Shown here one piece after another: positions 49,126 to 59,161 of a stretch of DNA of 64,000 bases. A program made the position numbers and the translations under genes. The notes below the pieces were generated by a model. It was not told where the DNA came from, made no database searches, and saw only the letters and a program-made list of their open reading frames with translations. The stretch comes from an uncultured bacterium (GTDB lineage: Bacteria; Verrucomicrobiota; Verrucomicrobiia; Limisphaerales; UBA8199), in NCBI GenBank assembly GCA_963749495.1, contig CAVVMW010000014.1, forward strand, positions 576,001 through 640,000, given 5' to 3'. How positions within the stretch are numbered: the first letter of the stretch is position 1; each line of letters starts with the position of its first letter.

Positions 49126-50344
49126 CACCAGAGCTCGGGTTTCAGGTTGGCGCTGCCTTCTGTTTCTGTCCTGCGCATTAGGGGTCGCAGCCACCGCGGC
49201 TCAACCCGCGAATCCACCCCCTCCTTTTTTCCGCTTTCGTGAACGCACGCTGGAATACAACGGGCCGGAACGGGACGAAGGTGACCCCCAGGACCTCAAA
49301 GAAGTGGTCATTGGCTGGTTCGGACCGTGCGAAACGACAAACTGTCTGGCGGGAGAGGCGTGGTGGGCAGCCGACCTGGCAATCAGGGAAGCCAACGAGG
49401 AGGGCGGTTTGCGGGGCCTTCCCTTGCGGCTCGCGCCGCGCTGGGCTGTGGACCCATGGGGCACTGGCGTCTCCCAACTCACCCGAATGATCTACACCGA
49501 GCATCCCCTGGTGGTGCTGGGCTCGGTGGACTCGGCCTCGACGCACCTCGCCGAACAGGTCGTGGCCAAGGCGCAACTGCCGCTGATCAGCCCGATCACG
49601 ACCGACAAATCCGTCACGTTGGCGGGGGTTTCCTGGATGTTCGCCTGCGCGCCAACGGACAACGTCATTGCCCGCGTCCTGGTGGGCGATGTGCTGGCCA
49701 TGCTGGGAAACGCGCCTAAGAAGATTGTGCTCTTCAACGCCACCGACCACGAGTCGCGCATGACTGCGCGCGAAGTGGTCAAGGAATTCTCCCGCCGGCA
49801 GCGTTTGCTGGATTTTCGGTTCGAAGTCTCGCCGGGCGCGCTGGCGATCACCAACCAGATGGCTGCCATCGAGCAGGCACAACCCGGCGCAGTGCTCATT
49901 GTCGCCGGCGCTCAGGACGCTGCCCGGATGGTGGTCGCAGTCAGGAACGCAACCCCCGGCTCGATTATTTTCGGGAGCCATTCCATGGGCCGGACCCCTT
50001 TTCTACAACTCGCGGGTCGCGCGGCTGAGGCGGTTCGTTTTCCGCTGCTCTTCGTTCCCAACATGGACGATCCCACGACAACGCGTTTGATCCAGCAATT
50101 TAAGGCCGATCATCTCAGGGATCCGGACTACACCGCCGCTCTCGCCTACGACGCCACCCGCCTGCTGGTCGAGGCTCTGCGCCGCGGCGGGCTCAACCGC
50201 GCGCACATTCGCCAGGCCTTGCTGGAGCTATCTCCTTGGAATGGCGTCACCGGTTTGATTCACTGGGACGGCACGGGACAGAACACGCGCACCAACGTCT
50301 GCATGGGCACTATTCGGAGCGGCGTCGTCGTGCCCGTGCCTTGA
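49097..50344 (+). CDS. LivJ-like periplasmic binding protein, paralog
   Basis: IGWFGP..LAIREANEEGG..LGSVDSAST..AYDATRLL..GVTGLIHWD; start uncertain. Confidence 0.8.
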   Translation: MSARKPVQSDTRARVSGWRCLLFLSCALGVAATAAQPANPPPPFFRFRERTLEYNGPERDEGDPQDLKEVVIGWFGPCETTNCLAGEAWWAADLAIREANEEGGLRGLPLRLAPRWAVDPWGTGVSQLTRMIYTEHPLVVLGSVDSASTHLAEQVVAKAQLPLISPITTDKSVTLAGVSWMFACAPTDNVIARVLVGDVLAMLGNAPKKIVLFNATDHESRMTAREVVKEFSRRQRLLDFRFEVSPGALAITNQMAAIEQAQPGAVLIVAGAQDAARMVVAVRNATPGSIIFGSHSMGRTPFLQLAGRAAEAVRFPLLFVPNMDDPTTTRLIQQFKADHLRDPDYTAALAYDATRLLVEALRRGGLNRAHIRQALLELSPWNGVTGLIHWDGTGQNTRTNVCMGTIRSGVVVPVP

Positions 50345-50368
50345 AGTCATGCAACTGGATTTTCGAAT

Positions 50369-53300
50369 ATGAAGCCGATTCCCTGCCTCCTGGCCGTTGC
50401 CTTGGGCGCCGCATTGATGTGGCTTCCCACCGGGTGCCGGCCCAAGCCGCAAACCGCCGGTCCCTCGGGCGCCGTCATTGAAGCCATGAATCGCGGCGTC
50501 AGCTTGATGGGGCAATATGAGTACGCCGCCGCCGTCAAGGCCTTCGAGGAAGCGGTGAAGGCCGAACCGGCGCTGGCGGACGCGAAGGTCAACCTGGCCA
50601 TTGCCCGTTTCAACCGCGCCCGTAAAGAAGACCGTGACATCGATGCGGCTGGCGCACTGTTGGACGACGTGCTCAAAGGCGACCCCAACAACATCCGCGC
50701 CCGTTATTTCAAAGGCATCGTGCTCCAGCACATTGGCCAAGCCGAGGCGGCTGTGTCCTGCTTCGCAAAAGTCGTGCAGCAGCGGCCGGAGGACGGCGTC
50801 GCCTGGTATCTGTTGGGCCTGTGCAAGCAGCGGCTGGGACAGCCATGCGAACCCGAGTTGCTCAAGGCGATCGCATTGAGGCCCTATCTGGGCAGCGCCT
50901 ATTACAAGCTGTGGCAGGTGTTGGCGGCCCAAGGCCAAACCGAGAAGGGCAAGCCTTACCTCAAGAAGTTCCAGCAACTCCGCGACAGCCCGCTCAATGA
51001 AATCATCGAGATGCCGCAATACAATCAAATGGGTGACTTGGCTCTGGTGCGCCCGGTGCCGCCGCGGAACACGCCGCCTATTACCCAGGCCGCTTACACC
51101 GTCCAATGGACCGAACGAGTGTTCGAGGTGAACGAACGGCTGCTCTATGGAGTCCGCCCGGCATCGTCCAGCACGATAAGCCCCCTGCAACCCTATGCGT
51201 TTGGCGGGGCTGCCGTGGCGGATCTCAACCACGATGGCTTGCCCGATATGATATTGACTTCGCAGGGCGACGACGGGCTAGGAAGGCTCATCCTGCTGCG
51301 GGGCCAGCCCGAACGGTGGATTCGTGGATGCCACCGCCGGCTCCGGTTTGGAACAGGTGAAGGGCGCATTGGCTTGTGCGTTGGGCGACTTCGACAACGA
51401 TGAAAGGGTTGACCTTTTCGTGGTGTGTACGGCGGGCAACCGTCTCTTCCGAGGCAAAGGCGACGGCACGTTTGTCAATGTCACCAGGCAAACTGGCATT
51501 GGCGGTCAGGCGGGCGGCGGCCGTTCCGCGCTCTTTCTCGACGCGGACCACGATGGCGACCTGGACATTTTTGTATGTAGTGCGGGTCCCGGCGGCAACC
51601 AGCTGTGGAACAACAACGGTGACGGCACATTCACGAACATCGCCGCTTCGGCGGGAGTTGCCTGCCAGGGGAGCGTCTGTGTCATGGCCCTGGCCGGCGA
51701 TCTGGACGGAGACCGGGATACGGACCTGGTCATCTTGCGCGAAGGCCAGCCCGCAAGAGTCTTTCTCAACGATCTGGGGGGCAAATACCATGAAGCCGAT
51801 TTAGGGGGCGTCGATATCCGCGGCGACCTGGGCGGGGTGCTCCAGGACTTCAACGGGGACGGGAATCTGGATCTGCTGGTTTTGGGTGGAAATCCGGCCA
51901 GGCTTCGGCTGTTCCTCGGCGATGGGCATGGGCATTTCCGGCCCGACACCGCCTTCGCGCAGACCGCCGACGCCGCCGTTTCGTGGGGGCCGCTTCGCGG
52001 GTTCCGGGTTGCCGACATCGATTTGGATGGCGACCTCGACATCGTGGTCTTCTCCGCAGATGCACACCTGTTGCTCAACGATGGCGCTGGCCGGTTTGTG
52101 TTGGAGCCGCGGTTTTGGAAGACACAGCGTTCCCACGAACTGGCAGGCGCTGAAGTGCTCGATCTCAACGGCGATTTTGTCCCGGACCTGTTGTGCATCG
52201 AGCGCGGGGCGAACAGCCAGGTGCTGCTCCTGTCCGGCACGCTGACGCCCCCCTCCACAGCGTTGTTGATCGAGCCGACCGGCGTGAGAAGCCGCGACAA
52301 ACGCACCCGCAGCCCGGCTACCGGGTATGGTGTTGCTCTGACGATCCGTGCGGGATTGCAGGAGCAATTCCGAGTCTTTTCCGGCCAGGGTGGCGGGTTC
52401 GATCAATCGCCGCTGCCGGTCGTCTTTGGTTTGGGGGGCAGACGACAGGCCGACTACCTGCGTTTCCTGTGGCCGGACGGGGTGGCCCAGGTGGAGATCG
52501 CGATGACTGCCGGCCAGCACCACAAGATTGCCGAACTGCAACGCAAACTCTCAAGTTGTCCGGTGCTGTTTGCGTGGAATGGGAGCCGGTTTGAATTCGT
52601 TACTGATTTCGCCGGTGTGGGCGGCCTCGGGTACTTCGTTGCCCCAGGTGAATACGCGCAGCCGCAGGTTCTGGAACATGTGAAGATCGAACCTGAACAA
52701 CTGCGCGTGCGCGACGGCGCTTATGAGCTGCGCATCACAGAACCGATGGAAGAGGTTGCTTACATTGACCAACTCGAACTCTTGGCAATCGAGCATCCCG
52801 CCGGCTGGCGGGTCTTCCCGGACGAACGCCTGGTCGTTACGGGACCGCCGCCCACGCACGAGTTGCTCGTGGTGGACAAACCGATCTTCCCCAAGCTCGC
52901 CTTGGACCCGGAAGGCTGCGATTGCACCGAGCAGCTTGCGCGTGTGGACCGCATTTACGCCTACCAACCCGAATTGGACCGGCGGTTCTTTGGGTTTTGC
53001 CGGCCTCACACGCTGGAGCTGGATTTCGGCGGCCAGTTGGCAAATATCGGCGCAAAGGAGCGGCTTTTTCTCTTCATCAACGGTTACCTGGAATATCCCT
53101 ATTCACAGACGGCTTATGCCGCAAGCCAGGCGGGTGTCGGCTGGGAACCGATCCGCATCGAGCGACAAACCCCCGAGGGCCGCTGGCAGACCGTGGTGGC
53201 TGATGCCGGCGCATTGGGTGGCATGGCCCGCACGATGACTGTGGACCTGACCGGCCTGCTGGCTGGCCCCAGTTGCCGGCTGCGGCTCACGTCGAACCTG

Positions 53301-53819
53301 GAGATTTATTACGATCAGATTTTCCTGGGGCGGGACGCGGGGCGCGACCAAGTACAGATTCATGCCTTGCCATTGGCCGAAGCCGAGTTGCGTCGCCTCG
53401 GCTTCGCACGGGAGTTTTCGCCCGATGGACGGTCGCCGCTCCTTTACGACTATGACTTGCGCGATGCCACCGCTCCATTCCACCGCATGCGCGGCGCTTA
53501 CACCCGCTACGGCCCCGTGCGCGAACTCCTCGAGGCCTTGGACGACCAGTACGTGGTGGTCGGCCCGGGGGACGAAGTCGCGGTGAAATTCGATGCCTCA
53601 AGACTGCCGGGACCGGCGGCGGGAATGGCGCGGAGCTTTCTGCTCGTGTCCCACGCCTATTGCAAGGACATGGACCTCTACACTGCCACGCCGGAGACGC
53701 TGGAGCCCCTGCCGTTCCGCGGAATGAGCCGCTACCCGTATCCGCCGACGGAGCACTATCCTGACGACGAGCAGCACCGGCGATACCGCCAAGCCTACAA
53801 CACCCGCGTGATCGAGTAA
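50369..53819 (+). CDS. Large TPR + FG-GAP + ASPIC/UnbV lipoprotein (frameshift near 51312)
   Basis: Lipobox-like LPTGC, TPRs, DLNHDG; second ORF has FG-GAP repeats, FGLG..WPDG, SSCPVLFAWNG. Confidence 0.82.
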
Positions 53820-53831
53820 CCGCGACTTTAT

Positions 53832-54833
53832 ATGAGGTACGCCGTTGTCGCTTGTCAGACTGATTTTCCGTGTCCCGCCGACCGAAAAGAGATCCACAGC
53901 CGGGTGGACCGCATGCTGGAGATGATTGACGGTGCCGTTGTTGGCTACCGGCCCTTCTTTCCGGTTCGTCTGGTGGTCTTCCCGGAATTTGCGCACGCAG
54001 CGCCGATTTACCCCACCGTGCGCGAGCTTCGCGAGAAACTCGCCCTGCCGTTGCCAAACGAACACATCGAGCGATACCTGGCCAAGGCTCGCGAGCACCA
54101 CATTTACATCCAGACAGGCAGCTTCATTGAATTCGATCCCGCCTGGCCGGGCGTGCTGTTCAACGCCACATGCCTGGTTGGTCCGGAGGGCCTGCTCTAC
54201 AAATATCGCAAGGTGAACCCGTGGATTCCGTGGGAGGTTCACGCCAGCCCGCACGACGTCCCCGGTTATGCCGAGGAGGTGTTCCCTGTTGCCCGCACCG
54301 AAATCGGTAATCTCGGCTGTGCTATTTGCTATGACTGGCTATTTCCTGAGGCAATCCGTCAGCTCGCCTTTGGTGGTGCTGAGATCCTCATCCGCGTCTC
54401 GGCTTACATGGACCCCTGGGGGGCAACACCACCCATGGATTGGTGGACCGTGGTCAACCGCTGTCGTGCACTCGAAAACATGGCCTATGTTGTGGCGGCC
54501 AACCAGGGTGCCAGCCTCCAAAACTACGGCCCGTTTTCCTGGCCTGGCGGCAGCATGGTGGTGGACTATGACGGACGTATCCTGGCCCAAGCGGAGCCGG
54601 GCCCCGGGGAGAAGATCGTCGCAGCGGAAATCGATTTGGACGCCTTGCGCGCGGCCCGCGGACAACGGCTTGGCCACAACCCCCTGGCGCACCTGCGCCG
54701 GGAAGCGTATGGGACCCAAGCGCCTCAGGGGTATCCCGCCGCCAGTTTCATCTCGGCGAAGGACCCGCACGGCAATCGAACCCTGGAGGAAAATGAAGCC
54801 GCCATCCGAACAGCGCTGAAGAACAAAGGCTGA
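53832..54833 (+). CDS. Nitrilase-superfamily carbon-nitrogen hydrolase
   Basis: Catalytic triad contexts FPEF, YRK, ICYD; GGSMVVDYDG. Confidence 0.9.
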   Translation: MRYAVVACQTDFPCPADRKEIHSRVDRMLEMIDGAVVGYRPFFPVRLVVFPEFAHAAPIYPTVRELREKLALPLPNEHIERYLAKAREHHIYIQTGSFIEFDPAWPGVLFNATCLVGPEGLLYKYRKVNPWIPWEVHASPHDVPGYAEEVFPVARTEIGNLGCAICYDWLFPEAIRQLAFGGAEILIRVSAYMDPWGATPPMDWWTVVNRCRALENMAYVVAANQGASLQNYGPFSWPGGSMVVDYDGRILAQAEPGPGEKIVAAEIDLDALRAARGQRLGHNPLAHLRREAYGTQAPQGYPAASFISAKDPHGNRTLEENEAAIRTALKNKG

Positions 54834-54835
54834 AT

Positions 54836-55426
54836 TCAAAACTCCAGCGGCACGCGCACGACAATGGCGCCCATCACATCGTTGAGCTTGAAGTCGCGCC
54901 GGGGACTGCGCGAGTGCTGGTTGTGACATTCCGCGCAGGAAGGCAGCGTAGCCCGGTCCGCATAGACGGCGGTGAAATAGCTTCTTCCACCCAGGAGCTC
55001 TTCCGTGTAGTAATTCTCACCGGGATGCCCGGCAACGTATTCGAGCCCGGTTTGTTCCGCCTGCGTTTGGGGACCGTAGTTTTCGTTGATGGGCCACAAC
55101 GAGCGCAGCGTATAGGAGAACTCCGCGCCACCCTTTTGGATGTCCTGTCCCGCTCTGTGGAGCATCTGGGCAGGCACTGGCAAACCGTGCGCTTCGCGCC
55201 AGTTCTCCGTTGCCGGCAGTCGATGTTCCTCCGCATAAAGCCGTTGAACAATCAACTCCGCGTACGCCTTGCGGTCGGCGGCAATGACCGCATGAAGCGA
55301 GTCTGCCATTTTGCGCGGGCTGATCGTCGTCAGCTTGTGCGATTTCTCTTCCAAACCGCCCCAAACCAGCAGCGCCCCTAGAATGGCGCTTCCACAAATG
55401 ACCGCCGTCAAAAGTCTTCCGTTCAT
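54836..55426 (-). CDS. DUF3365/Tll0287-like monoheme c protein
   Basis: LPVPAQM..SLWPIN..P..E; CAECHN..FKLNDVMGAI; N-terminal TM. Confidence 0.85.
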   Translation of the reverse strand: MNGRLLTAVICGSAILGALLVWGGLEEKSHKLTTISPRKMADSLHAVIAADRKAYAELIVQRLYAEEHRLPATENWREAHGLPVPAQMLHRAGQDIQKGGAEFSYTLRSLWPINENYGPQTQAEQTGLEYVAGHPGENYYTEELLGGRSYFTAVYADRATLPSCAECHNQHSRSPRRDFKLNDVMGAIVVRVPLEF

Positions 55427-57138
55427 GGCTTTGGTTCCCGGATTTTCAGGATTTGGTCGGATGCAATATTGCTTAAAACCTGGACACATCCGCTGGGCCA
55501 GCGGATTTCGAGGCGATCAACCTTCTGACGCGGCCCGAGACCGAAATGCGGGCGCGGATCCCCCTGTGACAGAAAGCCGGTGGGGCAAAGGGCTTCTCCG
55601 CGCAACGTGAGATCTCCGGCAGTCAACGTGATGAGCGCGCCATAGCCGCTGCGATTGCTGCGCGTGCCCTCAAGCCGCAGCTTCAGCCAGTGGTTTTTCA
55701 AGGGACAGCGATTCCTGAGCAGGAATGGCCGGTCTGCAAGCGCGGTCAGCAAGACATCAAGCCGGCCATCGTTATCGTAATCCAATACGGCGTTGCCACG
55801 ACCGTTGATCCGATGCTGGAAGAAGGCCCCGCCCTTGGCGGACGCATCGGTGAACTTGCAGTTGCCCTGGTTTTCTAGCAGGAGACTAAAATCACCTTCC
55901 AGGTTGAAGGCGTCCCCATTGGCGATGAAGAGGTCTTGGTCGCCGTCGTTGTCGAAATCCAGGAAGGCCCCGCCCCAACCGACATGCGTCTGCGTCAGGC
56001 GCCCAAGCCCGGAAGCCCACATGCGATCATCGTACGATCCCTGTTCGTTGCGGACATAGAGCGAACCATAACCGAAGCGGGTGACGAACATGTCAGGCAG
56101 CCCGTCGCCGTTGACGTCGCCGACAGCGGCGTTCATGGAACCCGGCGCCTCCCCGATGGAGTTGAACGCTACGCCCACTTCCATGGCGACATCGCGGAAA
56201 TGCCCTTTTCCGTCATTGAGCCAGAGGGTGTTCGGAGTGTCGTCGTTGCAAACATAAAGGTCGACATACCCATCACGGTTGCAGTCGAAGGCGCAGACGG
56301 ACATCGCACGGTGGCCGGGCGCGTAGAGACCTGCTTCACGGGTTACATCCTTGAACGTCCCGTTGCCAAGGTTGCGGTAGAGGACGTTGGCCTCTCCCTT
56401 GTAAGCCAAAGGCCCGGGATAAGCGCCGGGATTTTGCTCCGATTCCTTCTCGGGAACAAAAGTGAGGTAATTTCCCACGTACAAGTCAAGCCAGCCGTCG
56501 TTGTCGTAGTCGAGGAACACCGCGGAGATGCCCGTCCCGGTATGGCCCAGGCCAGCTTTCTCGGTGACGTCCTCGAACGTGCCGTCGCCCCGGTTGCGGT
56601 AAAGAATATTGTGCCCGATGTTGGCAACGAAGAGATCGGTGTAGCCGTCATTGTCGAAATCACCTGCCGTGGCCGCGCTGGCAAAGCCGCTGCCTTCGAG
56701 CCCCGCCTTGCGGGTGACGTCCTCGAAGGTGCCGTCACCGCGGTTTCGATACAGGCGGTTGGGTTGCCGTTTCGTGCCAGGGGATGCCGCGGTGACGCCC
56801 TCCAAGGGCCCCCAATTGAGGAAATAGATGTCCATGAAGCCGTCATTGTCGAAATCGAAGACCACGGCTCCCGAGCCGTTCGACAAGAGAATATTGGCGA
56901 TTCGCTGATGGCAAAACTGGTGCACAAAATCGATACCCGCCTTCTGCGTGACATCTTCGAACCAGTCGTTCGGGTTGGCGGCGATGGGGGGAGTCGGGCG
57001 CCGCGATGGACCCTGGGCCGCTGCTGTGGGCGTGGCTGCGCCTGAGGCTTTGGCATTGGGTGGCAGCGCAAACCCGGCAAGGAGCAAGACTGTGCTGGCG
57101 GTGAGCATTCGCAAATTGGCGAGGTGGGTGCTTCGCAT
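55423..57138 (-). CDS. CRTAC1-family protein (FG-GAP plus ASPIC/UnbV)
   Basis: Signal peptide; DFDNDG repeats; HFGLG..IRWPSG. Confidence 0.9.
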   Translation of the reverse strand: MRSTHLANLRMLTASTVLLLAGFALPPNAKASGAATPTAAAQGPSRRPTPPIAANPNDWFEDVTQKAGIDFVHQFCHQRIANILLSNGSGAVVFDFDNDGFMDIYFLNWGPLEGVTAASPGTKRQPNRLYRNRGDGTFEDVTRKAGLEGSGFASAATAGDFDNDGYTDLFVANIGHNILYRNRGDGTFEDVTEKAGLGHTGTGISAVFLDYDNDGWLDLYVGNYLTFVPEKESEQNPGAYPGPLAYKGEANVLYRNLGNGTFKDVTREAGLYAPGHRAMSVCAFDCNRDGYVDLYVCNDDTPNTLWLNDGKGHFRDVAMEVGVAFNSIGEAPGSMNAAVGDVNGDGLPDMFVTRFGYGSLYVRNEQGSYDDRMWASGLGRLTQTHVGWGGAFLDFDNDGDQDLFIANGDAFNLEGDFSLLLENQGNCKFTDASAKGGAFFQHRINGRGNAVLDYDNDGRLDVLLTALADRPFLLRNRCPLKNHWLKLRLEGTRSNRSGYGALITLTAGDLTLRGEALCPTGFLSQGDPRPHFGLGPRQKVDRLEIRWPSGCVQVLSNIASDQILKIREPKP

Positions 57139-57176
57139 GAGTGAGCCTGGAGCTTTAGCAGATTTGGCAGCCCGAG

Positions 57177-59048
57177 TTACGGTTCCTGTACCCGCAGAAT
57201 CCGGTCCGCCGCAACATTGGTGAGCACCTGCGTCTGGCCACTCGGTTTGGGCCAGCGAATTTCGATGCGGTCCACTTTTGATTCCTGACCCAGCCCAAAA
57301 TGGAGTCTTGGGTCCTGCTGGAAAACATAGCTGGTCGGACACCGCGCTTCGGCTTGGAACACGCGGTTGCCTGCTCTTACCTTCACCTGCGCGCCAAAAC
57401 CGTCCCGGTTGCAGCGCGTGCCAACGAGCTTCAACGTCAGCCAATGGTTCGAATATGTGGCCCGGTTGTGCAGGAGCACTGCGCGGCCACCCAAGCTCGT
57501 CAGAAGGAGGTCCATCCGCCCATCGTTATCCATATCGAATACGCCGCAGCCGCGCAAATTCGCTTCCCGCTTGAAAAACGGCCCGCCCTTCTCCCCGGCG
57601 TCCACAAAAGTCCCGTTTCCCTGGTTCTGGAGCAGCAGGCTGGGCATACCCTTCAGGGAGTGCGGATCGCCATTTGCGATAAATACATCCAGATACCCAT
57701 CGTTGTCGAAATCAATGAAGTTCCCGCCCCAACCGACGTACTTCGAGGACGCGTTCAGGATTCCCGATGCCGCGATCCGATCCTCAAAAAGGCCTTTGCT
57801 GGAGTTGATGTAAAGGGATGCGTTGCCAAATCGCGTTACCAGCATGTCTGGGAGTCCGTCACCGTTGCAGTCGCCAACCGAGGCCCCCATTGATCCGCTA
57901 GCCATACCAGACTGATCGAACCCGACGCCGCATTGAATGGCCACGTCTTTGAAATGTCCCTTGCCATCATTGGCCAGCAGCAGGTTGGGCGTGCCGTCAT
58001 TTGACACGTAAAGGTCCTGGTTGCCGTCCAGATCGTAATCAAAAGCCGTTACCGACATGGCTCGGTGGCCGGGGATGCGTATCCCCGTCCGTTCGCTCAC
58101 GTCCTCGAACGTGCCGTCGCCGCGATTGCGATAGAGAATATTGAATTCCGGTTCATACGAAAGCGGCCCGGGATAAGGGACTTGCGAACCTGGCGGCAGC
58201 TTGACCGCCGGGTCGTACACCAGGTAATTCGCCACGAAAATATCCAGGTATCCGTCGCCGTCGTAATCCAGGAACGTCGCCGAAATGGCGGCATGTTTGG
58301 AGGTGAGCCCTGCCTTGGCGGTCACGTCCTTGAACGTGCCGTCGCCTTCGTTGTGGTAAAGAATCAGACTGCCAAAGTTCACAACCAGGAGGTCGGTGTG
58401 CCCGTCGTTGTCGTAGTCGGCCGCCGCGGCGGTTGTGCCAAAGCCCGAACCTTCCACGCCCGCGCGCTTGGTCACGTCCTCAAACGTGCCGTCGCCCCGG
58501 TTGCGATACAGCCGGTTTGGCCAGCGCGGAGTCCCCGGCGGCGCCTCGGCGAGCACCGGCGCCGGGCCGGAGTTCACCAGATAAATGTCCATGAACCCGT
58601 CACCATCGAAGTCGAGGAATGTGCCTCCTGCGCCATCGGATTTCATGATGTTATCGATCTTATTATTCACAAGCTGGTGGACGAAATCCACACCCGACTG
58701 CTGGGTGATTTCCTCAAAAACGGCTTGCGTTGGTTTGCCTCCAGTCGCCGAACGATCATGCTCGCTCGGCTGCTCCGGCCCCTTACCGCAGCCGGAGAGC
58801 AGAGCTAATCCCACCCCCGCGCTCAAGATACCGCGAATGAGCGGCCAGATCGTGGAGAGCGTTTGCTTCAGGGCACAGGCATTCTCACAGATGCTGGCGC
58901 GAAACGCCGCGCAGCAGGGGCGGTCGGCCGCGGCGGCGCGCTTGCCCCTGGTGATCTGCCCGGTGGCACCGTTGAAAAAGGTCACCCGCCAGTCGGCGTC
59001 CACAGTGAACATCCCATCCGGGACAGAATCCAGCAGATTGTCCAGCAT
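57177..59048 (-). CDS. CRTAC1-family lipoprotein fused in frame behind a PAS remnant
   Basis: MLDNLLDSVPDG..LKQTLST joined to IWPLIRGILSAGVGLALLSGC (lipobox) then FG-GAP repeats and HFGLG..IRWP. Confidence 0.8.
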   Translation of the reverse strand: MLDNLLDSVPDGMFTVDADWRVTFFNGATGQITRGKRAAAADRPCCAAFRASICENACALKQTLSTIWPLIRGILSAGVGLALLSGCGKGPEQPSEHDRSATGGKPTQAVFEEITQQSGVDFVHQLVNNKIDNIMKSDGAGGTFLDFDGDGFMDIYLVNSGPAPVLAEAPPGTPRWPNRLYRNRGDGTFEDVTKRAGVEGSGFGTTAAAADYDNDGHTDLLVVNFGSLILYHNEGDGTFKDVTAKAGLTSKHAAISATFLDYDGDGYLDIFVANYLVYDPAVKLPPGSQVPYPGPLSYEPEFNILYRNRGDGTFEDVSERTGIRIPGHRAMSVTAFDYDLDGNQDLYVSNDGTPNLLLANDGKGHFKDVAIQCGVGFDQSGMASGSMGASVGDCNGDGLPDMLVTRFGNASLYINSSKGLFEDRIAASGILNASSKYVGWGGNFIDFDNDGYLDVFIANGDPHSLKGMPSLLLQNQGNGTFVDAGEKGGPFFKREANLRGCGVFDMDNDGRMDLLLTSLGGRAVLLHNRATYSNHWLTLKLVGTRCNRDGFGAQVKVRAGNRVFQAEARCPTSYVFQQDPRLHFGLGQESKVDRIEIRWPKPSGQTQVLTNVAADRILRVQEP

Positions 59049-59051
59049 TCC
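58852..59051 (-). repeat. Diverged partial copy of the OrpR-like PAS region (37361..37560)
   Basis: Collinear about 200-bp similarity at nucleotide and protein level. Confidence 0.85.
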
Positions 59052-59161
59052 CGAGAGTCTATGCCGTTCCCCAATTGTGCGCCAGCCACAATGACGTGCT
59101 GGCAACCGCATGGTCCGGCCCGCGAGGGAGTCGGATCTCCCCCCCGTGATGAACCGGAGCG

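Noticed and set aside
41900..58700. Dispersed nucleotide repeats (gacggcacgttc..gacgt) as mobile or regulatory repeats
   Set aside because: They encode the FG-GAP motif RNxGDGTFxDVT
26404..59051. IS element or prophage explaining the duplicated fragments
   Set aside because: No transposase, integrase, terminal inverted repeats or tRNA seen in the window
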